59,687 nt of DNA from a virus. Taxonomy: Duplodnaviria; Caudoviricetes. The position numbers were made by a program, and so were the translations under genes. Of this stretch, positions 58,790 to 59,687 are shown piece after piece. The notes under the pieces are model-generated. The model saw only the letters and a program-made list of their open reading frames with translations. It ran no database searches and was not told the origin of the DNA. The stretch covers positions 1 through 59,687 of the IMG/VR virus record IMGVR_UViG_3300033153_007620; one strand, 5' to 3'. The stretch's first letter is position 1. Each line of letters begins with the position of its first letter.

Positions 58790-59161
58790 ATGGGTTTGAG
58801 TAATGAAGAATGTAGTTTAGAAACTACAATGGAATGTTTATCGAATAATGGGGTTAATATTGATTATGCAAACGTATTCAGATGGGATATGGATAAAACT
58901 GGGGGAATTACAGCAGATATATTTAAATATGGTACAAAAGAAAATAGAAATAATAATCCAGATGAGCATTTGCCTGCTATAGGTATTGGTTTTACACTAC
59001 CTCCCGAAGTACGTAAAGAGATTTGGGATAAAATAGGAACTATTCTTTACCCTTATATAGAATACCATATTAATTGTCAAAAATTAATTGCAGATAAAGT
59101 TCCAGATCTAGAATTGGAATTATTAAAATTACATGAAAAATTAGGCACCATTACTGGATAA
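58790..59161 (+). CDS. Hypothetical protein (possible tail fibre chaperone)
   Basis: SD GGGAG, follows gpJ. Confidence 0.5.
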   Translation: MGLSNEECSLETTMECLSNNGVNIDYANVFRWDMDKTGGITADIFKYGTKENRNNNPDEHLPAIGIGFTLPPEVRKEIWDKIGTILYPYIEYHINCQKLIADKVPDLELELLKLHEKLGTITG

Positions 59162-59170
59162 TAATATACG

Positions 59171-59200
59171 TCCCAGAAGACAATAATTCTTCTTCTGGGA
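59171..59200 (+). terminator. Stem-loop / possible terminator
   Basis: TCCCAGAAGA/TCTTCTGGGA, no clear T tract. Confidence 0.4.
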
Positions 59201-59217
59201 TATAAAAGGAGAAATAA

Positions 59218-59687
59218 ATGAGTGATATGATATTGCCAAATAAGCATTATATTTCCATTGACACAACGTCATCAGATCAGGTTTCAGCATTGGATGCTAT
59301 AATTGGAAAACAATACATGGTTAAAAACATAGGTACAGGAGGGAATATTCTTACTGTGACATATGGTACAAAATCACAGATCTTAGCAGATGATGTTTTG
59401 TTGCAGTTTTTGTATGATGGAAGTGATTGGGCTATGAGTGATGTAACAACAGATATAATAATAAATAAAACTATCCCATCAGCAGGAGCACGTGCCATCC
59501 CTAAAGATATTACGCAGGCTTATACTAATTTAGCACAAGATCCTACAGATTTAACTACAGCGAATTGGAGCCTATCTGGTGCTACGGTTTCTGATTCTGG
59601 TGATATAATTAATGGTCAAAAATTATGGAAGTTAGAATATAATGGTAGTTCTGTAGCGAATATAGCTTGTAAGCCATTTACACCACC
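59218..59687 (+). CDS. Tail-associated protein (truncated by window end)
   Basis: SD AAGGAG, ATG 59218, MSDMILPNKHYISIDTT..., open to window end. Confidence 0.65.
   Translation, partial: MSDMILPNKHYISIDTTSSDQVSALDAIIGKQYMVKNIGTGGNILTVTYGTKSQILADDVLLQFLYDGSDWAMSDVTTDIIINKTIPSAGARAIPKDITQAYTNLAQDPTDLTTANWSLSGATVSDSGDIINGQKLWKLEYNGSSVANIACKPFTP

Noticed and set aside
53039-59687. Diversity-generating retroelement or invertible tail-fibre cassette
   Set aside because: No reverse transcriptase, invertase or TR/VR repeat pair seen in this window
1-59687. Host assignment and prophage status
   Set aside because: No host genes, integrase or att site in the window; promoters indicate only a sigma70/sigmaA-using low-GC bacterium

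Overview
About 60 kb of an AT-rich, long-tailed (siphovirus-type) dsDNA phage. The order is: a leftward replication-type block (partial ParB-like gene, KH-domain gene, winged-helix proteins); a very AT-rich early region of small genes built from repeated promoter/RBS modules; accessory genes including a frameshifted DNA methyltransferase; then TerS, TerL (split by an ORF-less group I intron in Walker A), portal, minor head, scaffold, major capsid, head accessory proteins, holin-like gene, neck, tail tube, a frameshifted tail chaperone, tape measure and a lambda M/L/K/J-like tail tip. About a dozen free-standing HNH homing-endonuclease-type genes, intact or decayed, are scattered through it. 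Four observations stand out. (1) A covarying leader is shared by unrelated HNH genes: a sigma70 promoter, an apparently leaderless 3-5 codon minigene, then an RBS-sequestering hairpin with a palindromic decoy. (2) Two non-structural proteins end in a copy of the scaffold C-terminal capsid-binding motif, a candidate capsid cargo-loading tag, and one of them also starts like the major capsid protein. (3) The early region is a cassette-like array of repeated hairpin-promoter modules fused to stop codons. (4) The group I intron appears to end in A rather than G. All functional calls come from motif recognition by eye; no searches were run.
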